Positions 62,501 to 63,832 of a stretch of DNA of 63,832 nucleotides are shown here, piece after piece (position 1 is the stretch's first letter; each line of letters begins with the position of its first letter). The notes beneath the pieces are model-generated. The model ran no database searches. It saw only the letters and a program-made list of their open reading frames with translations, and was not told where the DNA came from. The stretch is from Candidatus Omnitrophota bacterium (GTDB lineage Bacteria > Omnitrophota > Gorgyraeia > Tantalellales > Tantalellaceae): assembly GCA_015231405.1 (NCBI GenBank), contig JADGBR010000017.1, positions 1,651 to 65,482 on the forward strand. The letters are read 5' to 3'. The translations under genes were made by a program, and so were the position numbers.

Positions 62501-63832
62501 GGCCCCCTGTGTCGACCCACCAGGACTCCGTCTCCAAACCGCTGAATAACCCCGAAGACACATCGATATCGACGCTCTCATCGGCCTGGACGCCCGGCAC
62601 TTCCGAAAAAATAACAGTTATTTTTTTCCTGTCAGAGGATATGAGAATAAGACCTTTCTTCTGCAGGTATTCGAGCACCTCGTGAAATAGAAGTACGGGT
62701 TTTTCCTTGTAGTCGCAGTACAGGCAAACGATATTGTTTTGTTCCGCCGTGAACCCGAACAGGTCCCCGGAAGTCTCGCCGAACTCGTAGAATTCCGGAG
62801 GAGAATTTAGGAGCAGTTTAAGAAAAATATTAAGTATCCGCTCATGTTCGGGGTGCCTGGCGATCAATGCCTCTAAAACAGGCTTTATTACCGGAAGATC
62901 CCTCGCCGTATCGGCCGGAAAAAGCTCGACCTTTTCCTTTAAGACCTTATGGCCTTCCGGCTCGCCAGCGGGCTCAGTACTTACGATAGTGAAATATTTT
63001 ACTCCGTCCTCTTCTCTGAGCTGAACGGCTTTCGCCCTCTTCCCGATCTGGGAGGAAGCGTCTATTCCCGGCATCTCCCCGAAGATATCCGAACTGTCGA
63101 ATTCGTATTTCTCATAAGCGGGAGTGGTATCCACGCCCGCTTTCCAGCGCCTTTCGAAATACTGTTTATTGATCAGAAGCGCCAGCTTGATGGCTTCTTC
63201 CCTTCTTCCGGGATCGTTAATTAGCGCCGGGAACTCACCTCTGGCCTCCAGGAGCTTCTCTTTCCTTTCGGTGTTCCTCATTTTCCCGACGAGCTCCCCG
63301 TCGACGAAAAGCCAGAGCCTTAGCCTCCTTTCGAACACGTCATTGTCGTACCTGATCCCGTCGCTCGCTAGATATGAGTGGAGGAACCACAGCCACATAG
63401 CGTCGTCGACGACGCTGTAGCGCCTGCCGACAAGATTCGCCATGAGTTCGCTTTCCGCTCCGTATCTCATCTTGACCGCGCCGTCCTCGCCGTAATGCAC
63501 GTGCCCCTCGCCGTCACGGTCCCTGAGATCGAACTCATGCATGGCCGCGCGGTAGCAGATCGAATCGGCCAGGTCTATTACCCTGGTCTTACCGTCCCCG
63601 AACGCGTATCCGAATTTAAGCCTCGCGTTCCGGAGGTCCTTGATATCTTCGATGAACCCGGGGTGAAGAAGAAGTTTTTTTCCGCCGTCGACCAGCCTCG
63701 ATATCCTGTACTGCTCTTCGAGCGTCGGAAAGCTGTTTATTCCGATCTCTACCTTCGCTGCAAGCGCCGGCACATTGTATTTTTCCGCGCCTTTATCCCT
63801 GATGCGCTCGAATATTCCTTCCGTAGTCAGTT
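50568..63832 (-). CDS. Giant protein of at least 4,401 aa (5' end outside the window) with seven tandem ~310-410 aa modules; function unknown
   Basis: The track start is GTG 63773, but the frame stays open (…LTTEGIFERIRDKGAEKYN-VPALAAK…) to nt 63832. Module anchors recur seven times: [LF]xPAPxxFxG, GY[VK]RxxSD, GFGFL[LF]DKD[IM]xxxR[VA]K, FAAYADPxLxxWI. No internal stop in 13.2 kb. Confidence 0.85.
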   Translation of the reverse strand, partial: LTTEGIFERIRDKGAEKYNVPALAAKVEIGINSFPTLEEQYRISRLVDGGKKLLLHPGFIEDIKDLRNARLKFGYAFGDGKTRVIDLADSICYRAAMHEFDLRDRDGEGHVHYGEDGAVKMRYGAESELMANLVGRRYSVVDDAMWLWFLHSYLASDGIRYDNDVFERRLRLWLFVDGELVGKMRNTERKEKLLEARGEFPALINDPGRREEAIKLALLINKQYFERRWKAGVDTTPAYEKYEFDSSDIFGEMPGIDASSQIGKRAKAVQLREEDGVKYFTIVSTEPAGEPEGHKVLKEKVELFPADTARDLPVIKPVLEALIARHPEHERILNIFLKLLLNSPPEFYEFGETSGDLFGFTAEQNNIVCLYCDYKEKPVLLFHEVLEYLQKKGLILISSDRKKITVIFSEVPGVQADESVDIDVSSGLFSGLETESWWVDTGGRIKGLSKEARSDDEHYYSRVFQREAFGDEDIDFSRYLHLSRVEELTEGTRYAGLFKTLKGYIERLPPRGYHDLIRRGHFGFSLPRTKVKDLMNNPLALFAFMLDRLIDDRYVNVRLETSNVSGSADMVIDIDGAESGRIKAVPFGAFEKYEWWDKEKKNVRKEHFSRKDGVYLLEAVFGMIFTSDAAGEFIGKAFVKDREVYTYVHASMGSISDKDDPYEDEYEISEFPDKSQKDRNTKPADLDKYGYLVAEVPVSKHGYLSVYGEPVYHADDHRGRRVLVEYKDGAKYRVFYLEDDGEHGRKIKLLRNFLALDIYRDSELFDEWGLRLARGNEGNERKSRVYKKDLGAIFANSAKGSLYIGTTVPANGTLTMGGGHLMENDQSAKGRRVLVQILGVDENEYRAKIYIRKEEPNAEERDERNDEQVVWELYKDETVVETKESEKKEGTARTRRNARGPAWGAESEKKHRPDGDENGSGLLAVDSENGNGHPGEKNYNFLKGWIFEELVWRLYVSVYGARENGGVEFNKVFPVNAFTTDIRYPDLFRRGMFFADTKWGLLVEDVVETVKKYKRLMKMHSREDIRGMNIPSIERLWNLNIKDRNGRLVIGENYRLPDKLTIILRDPGKLNEIKAQLGEDLLRNVEFVTVGQVVKQLMKIKRDQASGAAGKNLLAKYNLSEINGKSAVDILADALPRMKERIPSATRFGAIKKAEREKMARQTAQEEYVLEVDALMEEFTAMKDELDSTLKWLDARLAGLSNGKEAKDKVLEEMNDKVKELRAKRAELERAAGIVKWPHEGSITIDRPADWQKRLKEYFIDKTDSEGKHSELITAMKILVLSHEAYYESAHHDRIKAFVSYVCQEMDIDPSGAVRVQEDRDRAEIQELIMALNSRAIYDGEITKNAWRSLVDRYKNPKDNGKGRNGTGGIGTKNAAGEIAGDKETGMEEDRDEVVEDGNPEKDMPGEVTYILRPVEEVFFGDDFAEINDDLADGTATTLYDDLLGVYQAPEEGYVRLVSDDVIMEFSALAEEAGFGFLLDRDIGHSRLRKKIETVEAGRIMEYVNVGTDRRPLRGEGEETRIAGKIVTYDIAIKDPREEYLNYEHALDEIIENASMRDKIVYDLYRGMGSIILEALRAKAQNGDMRATGLIYRLNSAAERVKVKDRGMVSDQKEGSGDIDKVRKGQDAFMGGFFPLYALRDDGIMLKVRAAKREYTRISDEEAKLFEEIRDLLEDEYESHGYAFRISEKITGEATNEAKRKSETEASAEGPGVSGEEESGKYPFSPAPAVFGGVPFGSDSDYGDLEEPLKADIAGSVTFAGGKYSREEGWQRTVPDGVVGEISDLVNNAGFGFLFEKDMAYSRAKKKGEGADRKQLIFGSAVYAEEFGKEEDGSGRELNKFVFYDYDKAAFDAYYRRIVENNIYGDEPIINPKKAKRAGTRDDGFTSEAYNIIIKYKVLMNIGETIYNMLVRKGNRGDIAAFLLVSEISGIFAKGINKRREGWYDVEGVEQRELFSKAFAFHLDPSLSEWIDGPVNTGILPLPGKVRDFLSSERDSYGSAFFLLSQESRARELRDTIDRGILEYVNVMKKTPRLEQQLNRILKGLGSVSGERQRVISVFIKKNQTFESFSALKAELVKVMTEGGANRLLNVLETTREVRSFIVRVAGESLKVPKNGSAGTSMSGPQEEAPKLKPAPVIFAGSDFARDDSYGADSAARLNVLGSVIVEQIRYDEKSNSYPPLEGYKRPVSDETVRAVSDLVDKSGFGVFLDKAIAFTRAKGKGYRGSGVNKDYQGLFTLIGEQEPVYGQSEFKRHMIKLNLLDYPDEVFYELFTVDNLSAGIPFFNGNVYKGNLIKGTPRSLEDYARFELLREIGETLSRLTVNDSVDLRKHQLLVNIMLEYRKARQKHNIPETPGGMEMFVGICFAAYADPSLLELIDMPAGMTNVFRRMSEFVRREYAGEKYFISRPKTKDAEFMAVDEVFNGAFVKLVNNTPKDRLEILLNQALKTQCPGYGNASLRHDMVELILRKKPFASFREFRDVFKCYDHNDLPFLVWHLTGGDQIWQYMPENPGRVDYDKLREKTGKRRGQEGSVYPAMAPARTLFSGTDFAADDNFGNMTAEIGALGLETVPFDAAKGGYEECRSGYVRVVSDGEIENIAALMSGAGFGAVLDHDMGFARVEKNNPGTGPVQGFSNIALLAGEAPDGGKFWVDGKLILYDCVRDVYEAIVGKLYGGSGYVGHLVNVKAVRGRPETEKKAFETWVRYELLYQAGGAVYSVLSQKASRGGERAGKLTRKAFQLAVKRFADTPGIRRRDWYSWPKSVRERDEFLGVFIRAVFPVFVDPALKIDTGAISPEEKVFFKELAEFYRDEAREHGRAFYLPLKGELTGPEQIKAIGSTLTDFLNGHAPDRVAKLYEAIKEIKGSGDEAKRRDAVMKLCVNGPYSGIDGISRKSGLTEDVLVELTFRAIDKGIIVPWQSALEQENPEDGGGAGTGDLFLPAPVLYKGIPLGADTNYGTGGEINPLIEGPVVFDGKYNDPEPGYKRLMSDGTLREVWAKVEGKGFGPILRKVIGYSRVKAADRKEVCLSSISVVKDAVSSPGKPQEERAIAKLILYDLVEGRYDGLVNTLGTNPGSLLTGLGFKEIITDVPPDLVSFVKYKAFTDIARVLEVFLDDPRNRKGLKLARKLYFEFGKVAEQGGFDVARAREYFTTAFAAYADPDLASWIKVPLSMTRFLDELAAFIRENYRDEEYLKYEEFTAEKRAEVNACFAKAVVDYLNKTPEDKLKAGLKPILKQVAPVFESAGERDKVINDIITKRRTPFTGIEDAKRRLPKFQGNEFVMTLMALEGSRLIDPYLVFPGDEASRPGSRGQEPVLLRQGFGGHATYDIRPAPAVFEGMPFAEDGNYGDSHDEVQKRVSGVIGYENGTYEGPEEGYVRIIGDEELRMASGLFKKAGLDFLFDKDMGFLRVKKDANTGSTADVVIGTAGTDQMSPENGRSRKLYKFMLCDYPRDLHLKNYEDFLAKHVYSERPFFSAGIVSKPAAKDPVFEKEAYAAINRMNLLSNIGVAVFLSMGRKARSGNMEAMIFGQKAVEEYLESAGKSHSSDMKKEWPNVTQYFNKCFALYVDRSLEKWYGKLPERMEKLIRDEAGFLEEEYKENGHSLGYIEGADRRDALNERIERAIADCLREAPKERLKNELINGVLRGVFKGKGAEKRRPRIASEIIENRGSWEGMSIKRISQDLSMDQNEFSLFIRVMTVSDILTPYLMDDEEEFKGFLLRPAPAVFEGGPFAGMPGFDTKTGRYGPVSTEYFRVWGDKEIFGLSRLFKDSGFGFLLDKDIAYTRVNEPPKGKAFVLSTCQKHESRPVSGGSRPRYMIELVLSDLEKTVWKIFNDFYKSGDKAIDEIFSSGIIKKRPDEIKDQLRYGIIEEVGEKIFEIMEIRSEKGDVMAARCAKKAAKEFRRYFRGERIKGDGRQLLRKFFGIAFAAEIDPSLGSWISVPPGMKELVEEVKGYLQKEYARTGTAFPIAEREEPVSRGKMNAVFSDAVAAYLNTAREEDLAETLRVALPGVHPRLMADEGLISRVIAAIVRERSEKQFAGIKDFTERIRDLRHGELVDLIDILATREEVIPYLETTVTSEQPATLTTQLFFPGMGPEESAPPADMPEKSDKVKTPGLPGQTAARQTQLLLPGMGPNEEVTGPVVYEHKKETAAVQTADAGGGGTYRNYGPGGKNYRETGELYRIALDGFIDSSRDFLPRVIGSGRKPVVIRVPVEELDLIGEENARDFLTAFKPGNGSNLKLALYSSNGRGSVTDRDYARYGMTREEFDIVPSRSNTVTLFITGKDEDLGSNIDMMERIGMMDPEDTILIPVGMYDEGKDMAGLIRSTLLGLRLVHIANGEYNKTFIGETIDTLGDLAGVSTISGFDLDEKDIMALVRSDYNKVRFALDKLKKILPIIPLDEEELRRVYQYDKEAMLAA

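Overview
This 63.8-kb window comes from an uncultivated bacterium of moderate GC content. Its gene content and giant ORFs suggest an Omnitrophota/PVC-like lineage, but that is inference only. All product calls below come from reading motifs by eye; no database search was run.

I support 36 CDS, 1 pseudogene, 1 tRNA and several families of intergenic repeats.

**Ordinary content**
- amtB-glnK
- a HEPN/MNT toxin-antitoxin pair
- a CheB/CheR-PAS -> PAS histidine kinase -> response regulator operon
- two further Cache/HAMP histidine kinases
- an OprO/P-type porin
- pilT, glgA, a Ski2-like helicase, an htpX-like protease and a PilZ protein
- two membrane polyferredoxin systems

**Unusual content**
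1. A giant minus-strand ORF (50568..63832) of at least 4,401 aa is still open at the window edge. It is built from seven divergent ~310-410 aa tandem modules with no catalytic domain I can recognise.
2. A second giant ORF (2,072 aa, 34258..40476) carries a phospho-His swivel followed by an ATP-grasp (PPDK_N) unit, which is the glucan/water-dikinase domain order. Its C-terminal ~200 aa look homologous to the C-terminus of the first giant ORF.
3. A ~154-nt long-hairpin element is present in three copies.
4. A RAYT gene is bracketed by inverted REPs, with dispersed REP copies elsewhere.
5. A 'GTCATTGCGAG' nested-palindrome repeat family has five copies.
6. Abundant STRR-like heptamer tandem arrays fill intergenic spacers.

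Several ORF ends in the supplied track are extended by translation of these repeats.
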